Source: Trueperaceae bacterium (GTDB lineage: Bacteria; Deinococcota; Deinococci; Deinococcales; Trueperaceae). From it: a DNA stretch of 64,000 nt. The DNA lies in NCBI GenBank assembly GCA_965213705.1, contig OZ243913.1, positions 480,001-544,000 on the forward strand, in the 5' to 3' direction. Of this stretch, positions 39,205 through 48,696 are shown piece after piece; positions within the stretch are counted from its first letter, which is position 1; every line of letters begins with the position of its first letter. The translations under genes were made by a program, and so were the position numbers. The notes below the pieces were generated by a model. That model had not been told where the DNA came from, searched no databases, and worked only from the letters and a program-made list of their open reading frames with translations.

Positions 39205-40350
39205 CTATCCCGAATACGGCCGGCTGAGCTTGCCCGCGACGACCTCGTGACGCGCGCCGGTCGCGCGGGGCACTGTGTTGGGTTGGCCGAACCGTGCGAA
39301 GTAGGCCATGACCGCAAACGCCAAAGCCTCACGGTCTTTGGCGTGCCAAGCTCTAGCTTCGAAGGTCGTGACGGGTATTTCCAGGCGTTCGCGCAGCATC
39401 CTCAGCAGGGTCCGGTTGAGCGCGCCGCCGCCCGCCACCAAAATATCGTCCAAACCTTTGGGCAGCACAAAGTCCCGGTAGGCCCTCGCCACCGATTCTG
39501 CGGTAAAGGCCGTCAGGGTTGCCAGGAGTGCGTGGGGCTCGAGCCCTGCCAGCAGCCCCCCGGCTTCCAGTTCGCGTAAAGAAAAAACCTCACGGCCCGT
39601 GGTTTTTGGGGGGGGCAGTTTGAAGTAGGGATGTTGCAACAGACGTTCAAGGGTAGCCTCGTCCACCTTGCCCCGCGCGGCCAGCTCGCCGCCCTCGTCA
39701 AAGCTCAGGCCGAAGTACCGCTCCGCCGCCTCGTCGACAAGACAGTTGGCCGGCCCGGTGTCGAAAGCGAACACCGCGTTCGGGTGGGCGTCGCTCGGCA
39801 GATAGGTGAGGTTGGAAATGCCGCCCAGGTTGTGAACCGCCCGCGCCGTGCCGGGTGTGGCGAACAGCTTGGCGTCGCCGAAAGCAACCAGCGGCGCGCC
39901 GCCGCCGCCCGCAGCCATGTCGGCTTGACGAAAGTCTGAAAAAACCTCGACCCTGCAACCTTCAGCCACGAGAGACGCTTCGCCGAGTTGCAAGGTGCTG
40001 GGCGTGCGCCAGCCCTTTTTCGCGTCAAGGCGCGGGATGTGATAAACGGTTTGCCCGGACAACGCGACGAGGTCGACGGGGTGCGAGGTTTGCAGGTGCT
40101 GGACCACCTCTTTGTAAACGTGGCCGACCTCGGCGTGAAGTTGGGTGAGTAAAACCACGTCGGACGTTTCGGGCCGAATCGCCCGGTGAAGCCGCTCCCG
40201 CAAGTCGGGCGCGTAGTCGCGGCTGTGGCGGGCCAAAACGTGCCACTCGAGCCTTTGCGCAGTCTGCTCGAGCCGCACCAGCACCGCGTCGACCCCGTCG
40301 AGCGAAGTGCCGGACATGAGGCCGAGGACGTCGAGGGGTCTAAAGTTCAC
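39205..40350 (-). CDS. anmK: anhydro-N-acetylmuramic acid kinase
   Basis: GLMSGTSLDGVD, GQTVYH, GAPL, NLGGISN, DTGPAN, KTTGRE, EALAFA. Confidence 0.95.
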   Translation of the reverse strand: MNFRPLDVLGLMSGTSLDGVDAVLVRLEQTAQRLEWHVLARHSRDYAPDLRERLHRAIRPETSDVVLLTQLHAEVGHVYKEVVQHLQTSHPVDLVALSGQTVYHIPRLDAKKGWRTPSTLQLGEASLVAEGCRVEVFSDFRQADMAAGGGGAPLVAFGDAKLFATPGTARAVHNLGGISNLTYLPSDAHPNAVFAFDTGPANCLVDEAAERYFGLSFDEGGELAARGKVDEATLERLLQHPYFKLPPPKTTGREVFSLRELEAGGLLAGLEPHALLATLTAFTAESVARAYRDFVLPKGLDDILVAGGGALNRTLLRMLRERLEIPVTTFEARAWHAKDREALAFAVMAYFARFGQPNTVPRATGARHEVVAGKLSRPYSG

Positions 40351-41411
40351 CGCGTCTCTCCGAGTGCTTGCACGATTTCGTCGTGAAAAGCCCGCCTTAG
40401 CGCGTGAACGCCCTCACCGCCGAAGCGCGTCGGGTGGACGCGGTTGGTGAGGAGCACGGCGAACCAACCCTGCTCGGGGTCCAGCCACAGACTTGTGCCG
40501 GTAAAACCCGTGTGCCCAAAGGCCGCTTTGCTTGCCAAGCCGCCAGCGCTCGAGCCCGCCCCCGCCAGCTGCCAGCCGAGACCGCGCCGCGTTTTTCCGT
40601 CACCGACCTTCTCTTCAATTGCCTCCCGCAGCAGAGCCTCGTCACCAAGTCTCGAGTCCCAATTCAGCCACGCTTGCGCGTACCGCGCCAGGTCACCAGC
40701 AGTCCCGAACAGCCCGGCGTGCCCGGCGACGTGGTTCATCACAAAGGCGTTCTCGTCGTGGACGATACCCTCCAACACTTGCCCACGCCAACCGCAATCC
40801 TCAGTCGCGGCGACGTTGTCGGGGGAAACGGGGCCGTAACGAGTGTCGTTCATCCCGAGCGGCTCGAAGATATATTTTTTAGCAAAAGCGTCCTGCCGCA
40901 AGCCGGAGACGCGTTCGACAATCGCGCCCAACAGGATAAAGCCGAGGTCGCTGTAGACGAACACCCCGGGCGCGTGCTCTATGCCGGTCTGGAGCACGTT
41001 GGCGACAGCGGTGCGGCGCTCGCTCACGGTGGCGAACAGCGGTTTCCAAGCGGGTAAGCCGGAGGTGTGCGTGAGCAACTGCGTTAGGGTCGTTTCGGCG
41101 AGCGACGGTGTCTGAAACCAGCCCGCGTTGCTGAAAAACTTGCTCACTTGGTCGTCTAAGTTCAACACCCCCTCACTGACCAGCCGGAGGACGCTCGGCA
41201 AGGTCGCGACGACCTTCGTCAGCGAGGCGAGGTCGTAGCGGGTGTCAGCCGAAACCGCCGCGCCGCCGTACCGCTTTACGCCGAGAGCGGCGACCTTCTC
41301 CGAGCGGTCGCGCGTTCCCGCGACCACGACCAGGCCGGGGGTCACGCGGGGCGCCGCTTCGGTACTCAGTGCCTGTTTCAAAACAGTTCGGGCTGCCGCA
41401 AAAGCCGTCAT
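40347..41411 (-). CDS. beta-lactamase-family serine hydrolase (AmiE-like by context)
   Basis: ASLTK (SxxK), YSD, VHDEN, HTGFTG. Confidence 0.88.
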   Translation of the reverse strand: MTAFAAARTVLKQALSTEAAPRVTPGLVVVAGTRDRSEKVAALGVKRYGGAAVSADTRYDLASLTKVVATLPSVLRLVSEGVLNLDDQVSKFFSNAGWFQTPSLAETTLTQLLTHTSGLPAWKPLFATVSERRTAVANVLQTGIEHAPGVFVYSDLGFILLGAIVERVSGLRQDAFAKKYIFEPLGMNDTRYGPVSPDNVAATEDCGWRGQVLEGIVHDENAFVMNHVAGHAGLFGTAGDLARYAQAWLNWDSRLGDEALLREAIEEKVGDGKTRRGLGWQLAGAGSSAGGLASKAAFGHTGFTGTSLWLDPEQGWFAVLLTNRVHPTRFGGEGVHALRRAFHDEIVQALGETR

Positions 41412-41486
41412 GGGGCAAACCTAACACGTTTGATTTTAATGGTCTAGCAGTGGTACAGTCCTAACCATCGTGCCAGTGAGAGCGAG

Positions 41487-42233
41487 ATGGACTTAACGGC
41501 GTTGACCATCGACAAGGCCTTGCCCACGCCCGCCTACTTGCAGCTCAAAGACAAGTTGCTTCAGGCCTTCGAGGCGGGGCAGTTGCGGCCCGGCACGGCG
41601 CTGCCCTCGGAGCGTGACTTGGCCGGAGCGGTCAGTTTGTCACGGATGACGGTGCGGCGAGCCTTTGAAGAACTCGTAGCTGCGAACCTCGTCGAACAGC
41701 GGCAGGGCTCAGGCACCTACGTCTTGCCGAAACGCTTGGAGCAGACCGTCGACCGGGTGCTGGGGTTTACCGACGAGGCGCGCACCCTGGGTTTCGAAGC
41801 CGGAAGCCGTATTTTGAGCGCCGAGCACGTTGCCGCAGACCCCGCCGCCGCCGCGGCGTTGCAGGTTGCGGCGAACCTGTCCGTCTTGCGGGTGCGGCGT
41901 TTGCGCACCGCCGACGGCGCGCCGCTGGCCTTGCAAACCGCCCAACTCGCGCCGCGCTTTAGCCGACTGTCGCTCCACCGCCTCGAGAGTTCGGGCAGCC
42001 TTTACAAAACCATCCAGGAGCAGTACGGCGTCACACCGCACGCCGCGCGGCAGACCGTACGGGCGCGGTTGCCGACCCGCACCGAGCAAGACGTGCTGAA
42101 CTTGCACGGCGGCAGCCCGGTCATGGCGATGGAGCGCGTCACTTTCGGCGTCGACGGTGTCCCGTTCGAATTTGTACGCAGCGTCTACCGCGGTGACCGC
42201 TACCAAATGGCCCTGGAGCTGCGCGCTCCGTAA
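41487..42233 (+). CDS. GntR/HutC family regulator with UTRA domain
   Basis: LPSERDLA, SRMTVRRA, QGSGTYV, YRGDRY. Confidence 0.93.
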   Translation: MDLTALTIDKALPTPAYLQLKDKLLQAFEAGQLRPGTALPSERDLAGAVSLSRMTVRRAFEELVAANLVEQRQGSGTYVLPKRLEQTVDRVLGFTDEARTLGFEAGSRILSAEHVAADPAAAAALQVAANLSVLRVRRLRTADGAPLALQTAQLAPRFSRLSLHRLESSGSLYKTIQEQYGVTPHAARQTVRARLPTRTEQDVLNLHGGSPVMAMERVTFGVDGVPFEFVRSVYRGDRYQMALELRAP

Positions 42234-42313
42234 CGGGCCGAGAGCGCTTTCGACCCGCTCCGCCTTGCGAAACGAACACTAACTCCTCAACACCCAAAAG
42301 AACGGAAACCGCC

Positions 42314-43180
42314 ATGACCGAACAGAGTGACGACCGGTATCAAGACCTCGACACTTGGCCCTTCGAGCGGACGCTGAGCGCCCTCGTCGAGAGCAACCGC
42401 CGGGCCGTCGCGGCTGTGGCGGCGGCTTTGCCCGCGCTCACGGCGGCGGCGGAGGGCGTGGCTCGAGCCTTGCTAAAGGGCGGCAGGCTCGTCTACGTCG
42501 GCGCGGGTACGTCGGGGCGGTTAGCCCTGCAAGACGCCGCGGAACTGCCGCCGACCTTCGGGTTCGACCGCACCGTGGTCCTGATGGCGGGCGGGGACAG
42601 CGCGGCGGGCCGAGCGCGTGAGGGGGCCGAAGACGACGAGGCGGCGGCGCGCGCGGCGGTCGCCCAGGCCGGGGTCGGCGCGAACGACGCGGTCATCGGT
42701 TTGGCGGCGAGCGGCCGGACACCCTACACCGTCGCGAGCGTTGAGGAGAGCCGGGCCCGGGGCGCATTCACCGTCGGGGTGTCCAACAACCCGGACACGC
42801 CGCTCTTGCGTGTGGCCGAAGTCGGGATTTTCCTCGAGACCGGCCCCGAGGTGCTGGCGGGTTCGACCCGCCTGGCGGCGGGAACCTCGCAGAAAATCGT
42901 GCTCAACGCCCTGTCCACGGCGGTACTGGTGCGTTCCGGCGGCGCTTACGGCAACCTGATGGTGGGGATGAAGCCGCTGAACGACAAACTGCGGCGGCGC
43001 GCCGTCGACATCGTGCGGCAAGCGGCCGAAGTGTCCGAAGCTGAGGCCGAAACAGCTTTGACCGCGAGCGGCGGCCTCATGCGTGAAGCAGTCGTGATGC
43101 TGAAAGCGGGCGTGGGTTTGGACGAGGCGAGGGCAAAGCTCGAGGCCGGTGGCGGGCGGGTGCGGGACGCACTGAGGTAA
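42314..43180 (+). CDS. murQ: N-acetylmuramic acid 6-phosphate etherase
   Basis: GAGTSGRL, DAAELPPTFG, EGAED, AASGRTP, GPEVLAGSTRL, NLMV. Confidence 0.95.
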   Translation: MTEQSDDRYQDLDTWPFERTLSALVESNRRAVAAVAAALPALTAAAEGVARALLKGGRLVYVGAGTSGRLALQDAAELPPTFGFDRTVVLMAGGDSAAGRAREGAEDDEAAARAAVAQAGVGANDAVIGLAASGRTPYTVASVEESRARGAFTVGVSNNPDTPLLRVAEVGIFLETGPEVLAGSTRLAAGTSQKIVLNALSTAVLVRSGGAYGNLMVGMKPLNDKLRRRAVDIVRQAAEVSEAEAETALTASGGLMREAVVMLKAGVGLDEARAKLEAGGGRVRDALR

Positions 43181-43283
43181 GAAGTTTGAAGCGTGCTTCA
43201 TTCAGGAACTCATCTGCTGCTCGCGTCGCCGGGCTGAGCTTCAGGCCCTCGAGCTACGGAAGTACCTTGCTAAAATAGTGTTT

Positions 43284-44090
43284 ATGCGCCTCGAGGCTTA
43301 CCTGACGCGCGTGGACTACGAGGGGTCTTTAGCGCCGACCCTGGAAACCCTCACCGCTCTCCACCGCGCCCACTTGACGAGCATCTCTTACGAAAACTTG
43401 GACATCCACCTCGGTCGCCCGTTGGTTTTGAAACCGGAGCGGATTTTCGAGAAACTCGTGTTGGAGCGGCGCGGCGGCTGGTGCTACGAGATGAACGCTT
43501 TGTTTGCGCGCGTGCTCCGCGAACTCGGTTTCGAGGTCACGCTTTTGGGCGGCGCGGTAAACCGGGCGCGGCTTGGCACAAGGGCCGACCTTAATCACCT
43601 CGCCTTACTCGTCTCGTTGGAGCAGCCTTACCTCGCCGACGTGGGTTTCGGAGACGGTTTTCTCGAGCCCTTGCCCCTGCAAGAAGGGCGCTACCGACAA
43701 GGCTTTTTGGAGTTCGGTTTAAGCCGAGTGGGAGAGGTTTGGACTTTTCACAACCACGCGTACGGCGCAGCTCCCGGCTTCGAGTTCAACCTCGTTCCGC
43801 GGCGCTTAAAGGAGTTTGAGGGCCAGTGCCACAGGTTGCAGACCGCGCCCGAGTCGGGCTTTGTGCAGGTCACCGTGTGCCAGCGTTTTAAGGAAAAGAG
43901 TCTGCTGAGTTTGCGCGGTGCGACGTTGAAGACCGTCACGCGGCGCGGCATAGAAACGCGGGTCATCGACACTCGAGACGAGTTCGTAAAGGTTTTGTGC
44001 GAAGATTTCGGGCTGTGTTTTCCCGAGGTGGCTGACTTGTGGCCGCAAGTGTGGGCGAGCCATCTCGCCTGGCAGGCGGCCGGCGCATAA
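43284..44090 (+). CDS. arylamine N-acetyltransferase
   Basis: YENL, RGGWCYE, NHL, DVGFG (Cys-His-Asp triad). Confidence 0.93.
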   Translation: MRLEAYLTRVDYEGSLAPTLETLTALHRAHLTSISYENLDIHLGRPLVLKPERIFEKLVLERRGGWCYEMNALFARVLRELGFEVTLLGGAVNRARLGTRADLNHLALLVSLEQPYLADVGFGDGFLEPLPLQEGRYRQGFLEFGLSRVGEVWTFHNHAYGAAPGFEFNLVPRRLKEFEGQCHRLQTAPESGFVQVTVCQRFKEKSLLSLRGATLKTVTRRGIETRVIDTRDEFVKVLCEDFGLCFPEVADLWPQVWASHLAWQAAGA

Positions 44091-44126
44091 CCTCTCCTCG
44101 CGCCGTCGTCTGCTAGATTGTAAACC

Positions 44127-44720
44127 GTGAGCCAAGCTGTGAGCAGCCCCCGCGAACCGGTGCCGAGTGACAAGATGCGCGCTCGAGCCGCGGCCGCCAT
44201 CCTTTCGCTGTTGGAGCGCGACGACGTGCTCGTTTTAGACACCGAAACGACCGGCATGGGCAAGACGGCCGAAGTCATCGAGGTGTCGGTCGTCAACACG
44301 CGCGGCGACGTGCTCCTCGACACGCTCGTCAAACCCAAAGTGCCGAGGATGAACCGCTTCGCGCAGCGCGTCCACGGGATTTCGCTGGGCATGTTGGCGG
44401 ATGCGCCGAGTTGGCCCGAGGTGTTGCCCGAGTTAAGTGAGATAGCCGACCGCCGCACGGTGCTCGCCTGGAACGCGCCCTTCGACGCGGGCATGTTGGC
44501 GCAGAACTCGCTCGCCTGGGACTTGCCGCACCCGAAGTGGCTGTTCGTGTGCGCCATGCGCCTGTACGCCAGAGGGCGCGGCATCAAGATACGAGGCCTG
44601 CACAAGTGCGTGGTGGACGAGAATCTACAACATCTTTTAGAAACTCATCAAAGTCACCGCGCGCTTGCGGATGTTGTGTTTACGCTCGAGGTTTTGCGCT
44701 CGAGCGTGAGAAACCGGTAG
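44127..44720 (+). CDS. DEDDh 3'-5' exonuclease (DnaQ-like)
   Basis: LDTETTG, WNAPFD, HRALAD. Confidence 0.92.
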   Translation: MSQAVSSPREPVPSDKMRARAAAAILSLLERDDVLVLDTETTGMGKTAEVIEVSVVNTRGDVLLDTLVKPKVPRMNRFAQRVHGISLGMLADAPSWPEVLPELSEIADRRTVLAWNAPFDAGMLAQNSLAWDLPHPKWLFVCAMRLYARGRGIKIRGLHKCVVDENLQHLLETHQSHRALADVVFTLEVLRSSVRNR

Positions 44721-44737
44721 CCCTGTAGCCTTACCCT

Positions 44738-44766
44738 TTGACAATTCCTTCACAAGCATCTATACT
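44738..44766 (+). promoter_or_regulatory. sigma70-type promoter of the DEAD-box helicase
   Basis: TTGACA-17 nt-TATACT. Confidence 0.85.
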
Positions 44767-44932
44767 CGGTGAGTTTGCGTAGACTTGCTACGCCTTGTGT
44801 ACCCCTTAAATATTTGAGCTGTAACGAGTTCTGAGTACGGGTTTGAGCGAGGAAGCAGGCTACTCACTGCAGGTGAGTCAGGCGCCCGCGCGTGCCGAAT
44901 AAAAGACTTGCCTCACCCGGAAAGGAACAGTT

Positions 44933-46507
44933 ATGTTTACCGACTACTCGCTACCCGAGCGGGTGCAACGAGCACTCGCCGACAAAGGCTTCACCACACC
45001 CACCCCCGTCCAGGCCGAGTCGCTGCCGCACGCGCTTTTGGGCAAGGACATTCTCGGCCAGGCGCGCACCGGCACGGGCAAAACCCTCGCCTTTGGCTTG
45101 CCGATTGCGACGCACTTAGAGGCTGATTCTACTAAGGGCCGCGCGCCCCGCGCGCTCGTGCTCACGCCGACCCGCGAACTCGCGCTGCAGGTCTCGAGCG
45201 AGTTGGACTGGGCCGCGCCGCACCTAAAAATCGTCACCGTTTACGGCGGCACCGGTTACGGCAAGCAAGCCACCGACTTAAAGCGCGGCAGCGACGTGGT
45301 CGTGGCGACGCCGGGGCGCGCCATCGACTATCAAAACCGCAAGATTCTCGACCTGGGCCAGGTGCGCGTCGTCGTACTCGACGAGGCCGACGAGATGCTC
45401 AACATGGGTTTCGAAGAGGACGTCGAAACGCTGCTGGGTGCGACGCCGAACGAGCGCCAAACGCTGCTCTTCAGCGCCACCTTGCCCCACTGGGCGAAAC
45501 GGCTGGCGGGCGAATACTTGCGCGACCCCGTCCACGTCAACGTCATGAAAGACGAGGACGTGAGCTATGAGGAAATCGCCGTCGAGACGACGCTGCAAAA
45601 CCGCCTGGGCGTGCTCTCGGACATCTTGCACGCGCACCACGGCGAAAAAGCCATCATCTTCACGCACACCAAGGCCGAGGTCGACCGGCTCGCTCGTGAA
45701 CTCAGCGGACTGGGCCACGGGGCCGAGGCGATTCACGGCGACCTCAACCAGACGCAGCGCGAGCGCGTCATCGGGCGCTTTCGCGCCGGGCAGGTGAGCG
45801 CGCTCGTCGGCACCAACGTCGCGGCGCGCGGCCTCGACATCCCCGAGGTCGACCTGGTCGTCCACTACCGGCTGCCCGTCGACACCGAGGCGTACCAGCA
45901 CCGCTCGGGCCGGACGGGCCGGGCCGGGCGCACCGGCACGGTCGTCGTGCTCTACGGTCCCAAAGAGCGCCGCGACCTAGCCAACATCGAACGCGCGGTC
46001 TCGAGACGGTTCCGAATAAGCGCCCCGCCCACGCCCGAGGCGATTCAGGGTGCGAAACTGAGCGGGCTCATCGGCAACGCTCGAGCCCAGAGCCCGGACG
46101 ACAAAAACGCCTGGCGCGACGTGGCCCAGGGTTTGATCGACGAACAAGACACCGACACCTTGGCGGGCCTCCTCGCAGTCGTGTTGGGCGGCGCACCAGC
46201 GCAGCGCAGCCTGCTCACCGCCGAAGAGGGCTGGACGACCCTCGAACTGGCAGGCGACTTTAGAAACATCGGCCAGGTCGTGCGAGTTCTCAAAGACGCG
46301 GGCGCGGGCGACATCGGCCGCGTCCAGCTCGGGCGGAGCGCCGCCTACGCGGACGTCAAACCGGGTGAGGCCGCGGGCCTGGTGAGAGAAAATTCCGACT
46401 TGCGCAAAGCTGAAACCGTTCCGGTCGAGACCGTCGCGTTGCCAGTTTCCAAACGCAAGTCGCGCAGCGGCGGCAAAACGCGGCGGCGGGCGGAAGCGCG
46501 TTCCTAG
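44933..46507 (+). CDS. DEAD-box RNA helicase
   Basis: TGTGKT, PTRELA, TPGR, DEAD, SAT, ARGLD, HRSGRTGR; basic C-terminal tail. Confidence 0.97.
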   Translation: MFTDYSLPERVQRALADKGFTTPTPVQAESLPHALLGKDILGQARTGTGKTLAFGLPIATHLEADSTKGRAPRALVLTPTRELALQVSSELDWAAPHLKIVTVYGGTGYGKQATDLKRGSDVVVATPGRAIDYQNRKILDLGQVRVVVLDEADEMLNMGFEEDVETLLGATPNERQTLLFSATLPHWAKRLAGEYLRDPVHVNVMKDEDVSYEEIAVETTLQNRLGVLSDILHAHHGEKAIIFTHTKAEVDRLARELSGLGHGAEAIHGDLNQTQRERVIGRFRAGQVSALVGTNVAARGLDIPEVDLVVHYRLPVDTEAYQHRSGRTGRAGRTGTVVVLYGPKERRDLANIERAVSRRFRISAPPTPEAIQGAKLSGLIGNARAQSPDDKNAWRDVAQGLIDEQDTDTLAGLLAVVLGGAPAQRSLLTAEEGWTTLELAGDFRNIGQVVRVLKDAGAGDIGRVQLGRSAAYADVKPGEAAGLVRENSDLRKAETVPVETVALPVSKRKSRSGGKTRRRAEARS

Positions 46508-46535
46508 TAAGCCGATGGCCGAAAACAAATGAACG

Positions 46536-46568
46536 AAAAAGCGGAGGCTGAGGCCTCCGCTCTTTTTT
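46536..46568 (+). terminator. intrinsic terminator (potentially bidirectional)
   Basis: AAAAAGCGGAGGC-TGAG-GCCTCCGCTCTTTTTT. Confidence 0.85.
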
Positions 46569-46676
46569 GTGGGGCTGGGCTGAGCGTCCTCGAGCCGGTG
46601 GTCGGCGCAGCGGCCTTGTTCGGTGAAGCGCTTTTCATACACGCGCCTTCGCCTCTCCCGTAAAGTGAACAGACCC

Positions 46677-47456
46677 ATGCCCAAACGCCCAACCCTCCTC
46701 TTCGTCCTGCTGAGTTTTGTGCTGGGTTGCCGCGCCGCGTGGGCGCAGGACGCGCCCGTGTGGCGGCCCGCGCCGGGGACGAGTTGGCAGTGGCAGCTCA
46801 GCGGCGAGTTGGACACCTCTTTCAGTGTCGACATGTACGACCTCGACCTGTTCGACACGCCTGCTGCGACGATTGCCGCTTTGAAGGCGGACGGCCGCGT
46901 CGTGGTCTGCTACTTCAGCGCGGGCAGCTTCGAGGCGTGGCGACCGGACGCGGGCGCTTTTCCAAAAACGGTCAAGGGCAAAAAAATGGCGGGCTGGGAC
47001 GAGCGCTGGCTGGACGTGCGGCGTTTAGACGTGCTGGGTCCCGTCATGGTTGCCCGGCTCGACCTGGCCGCCGCGAAGGGCTGCGACGGGGTCGAGCCGG
47101 ACAACGTGGACGGCTACGTCAACGCGACGGGCTACCCGCTGAGTTACGCGGACCAACTCGCCTACAACCGCTTTCTCGCCGCCGCGGCGCACGCGCGCGG
47201 TTTGTCGATAGGGCTCAAAAACGACCTCGCCCAGGTCGCTGACTTGGAGCCCCACTTCGACTGGGCGCTCAACGAGCAGTGTTTCGAGTTTGGCGAGTGC
47301 GAGTCTCTGCTTCCCTTCGTCCGGGCCGGCAAGGCGGTGTTCGGCGTCGAGTACGCGCTCGAGCCGGAACAGTTTTGCGCCCGGGCAAACGCTTACGACT
47401 TCGACTGGCTGCACAAGCGGCTCGAGCTGGGCGTCTACCGGCAAGCCTGCCGCTAG
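46677..47456 (+). CDS. secreted endo-alpha-1,4-polygalactosaminidase (GH114, Ega3-like)
   Basis: signal peptide; WQWQL, CYFSAGSFE.WRPD, DGVEPDNVDGY, GLKND, NEQC, VEY. Confidence 0.88.
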   Translation: MPKRPTLLFVLLSFVLGCRAAWAQDAPVWRPAPGTSWQWQLSGELDTSFSVDMYDLDLFDTPAATIAALKADGRVVVCYFSAGSFEAWRPDAGAFPKTVKGKKMAGWDERWLDVRRLDVLGPVMVARLDLAAAKGCDGVEPDNVDGYVNATGYPLSYADQLAYNRFLAAAAHARGLSIGLKNDLAQVADLEPHFDWALNEQCFEFGECESLLPFVRAGKAVFGVEYALEPEQFCARANAYDFDWLHKRLELGVYRQACR

Positions 47457-47462
47457 CTCGGT

Positions 47463-48587
47463 TTAGGGCGTGTAGGTAAAAGGTTGTATCGTCGAGGACG
47501 TGTCGAAGCTACCCAGGTCGAGCGCCAAGGTTTTCGTCTCGGAGTCACCCAGGACGAGGTCGGAACTGAACGCGACAACGGTGACTTGGTAACGTTTGCC
47601 GGTAGTCAACGAACTTTTCAGCTGCAAACTCGTCGCTTTGGTAAAGTCTTGAACGTACACGCGAGCAGCCTGCCCGTTCAAACCGGCTGCCGAGTTGGCC
47701 GCTGCCTGGGGCACAAGCTCGTCGCTCGGGTCGGTCACGACCGCGTAGTACGCCTTGGCCCCCGGTACGGGCGTCCAGGCGACCGCAACGCCCCCGGCCT
47801 CCGGCGTCACCGTGACGTTTTTGGGGCTTTTGACCAGGTGGCTCGGGTTCAGGTTGAGGTTTGCCGCATAGCTGTCGCCCCGGTCAGTGGTCGCGGTGAG
47901 GTGGTAGCTACCTTGTGGCGGACGCGACTCGTCGGTGAGCAGGTCGTAAGTCCACACGTCTTCGCTCGGCGCGTCATCTTCAAAAGTGGGGCCGGGCAAA
48001 ACCAAGCGCCGCGGCGCGCCGCCGTTCCAGCCCGGCGGCCCCGTGAGCGTGACGGTGACGGTCGTGGGTTGCAAGTAACGAAAACCCACCAGCAAAGACG
48101 AGCCCAGTGCGCCGGCGTCGTCTGCGGCCCAGTTCCAGGTGCCCAGCGCTGCGACGAGGCCTTCTTCGCCGGGGGCGAGCGCGTCCTTACAGGTCAGGGT
48201 GACCTGGGTCGTGGCGTTGGGCCGGTCGGGGGCGTCGGACGTCGTGTTGAGCGTTGTCTCGAGGTTGCCGGCTGTTTCGGGGCAATGCGCCGCAAAGGTG
48301 ACCCTGGCAACCTCACCGGCCGCAAGCCGACCCGCCTTGTCGCCGGTAAGGCTGAGCCAGTTCGCCGACGTTGACGCGTCGGTTGTGACGGCAACCTCGT
48401 AGGTGAGCGGTGAACCGCCCGCGTTGCTTACCTCGAAAAAGCCCTGGCGCACCTGTCCGACCTGGGCCGACACCTGCAGGTCTTGGGGCACGTGGAGCCT
48501 GGCCCCTGGGGCGGTGCAGGCGTTCAGCACCAAACCTAAAGTGACGAACGAAACCAGCTTGGTTGTCTTCATATTGGTTGTCTTCAT
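47463..48587 (-). CDS. lipoprotein with Ig-like/FN3-like beta domains
   Basis: lipobox LNAC; SNAGGSPLTY, VAWTPVPGAKAY, LTTGKRYQVTV; start duplicated MKTTN-MKTTK. Confidence 0.75.
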   Translation of the reverse strand: MKTTNMKTTKLVSFVTLGLVLNACTAPGARLHVPQDLQVSAQVGQVRQGFFEVSNAGGSPLTYEVAVTTDASTSANWLSLTGDKAGRLAAGEVARVTFAAHCPETAGNLETTLNTTSDAPDRPNATTQVTLTCKDALAPGEEGLVAALGTWNWAADDAGALGSSLLVGFRYLQPTTVTVTLTGPPGWNGGAPRRLVLPGPTFEDDAPSEDVWTYDLLTDESRPPQGSYHLTATTDRGDSYAANLNLNPSHLVKSPKNVTVTPEAGGVAVAWTPVPGAKAYYAVVTDPSDELVPQAAANSAAGLNGQAARVYVQDFTKATSLQLKSSLTTGKRYQVTVVAFSSDLVLGDSETKTLALDLGSFDTSSTIQPFTYTP

Positions 48588-48696
48588 ACTTTCCTTTCTG
48601 GGTAGTTCCGGGCTGAGTCCAACCCTTGCAGGTTGACCCGAGAGAAGTGGCTACGGAGAGTGTCGTCGGGCGTCCATAAGGTTGCTGCGGACCAGC

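Noticed and set aside
48558..48587. 15-bp duplication at the lipoprotein start (MKTTN-MKTTK)
   Set aside because: Real but trivial; it only makes the start codon ambiguous.
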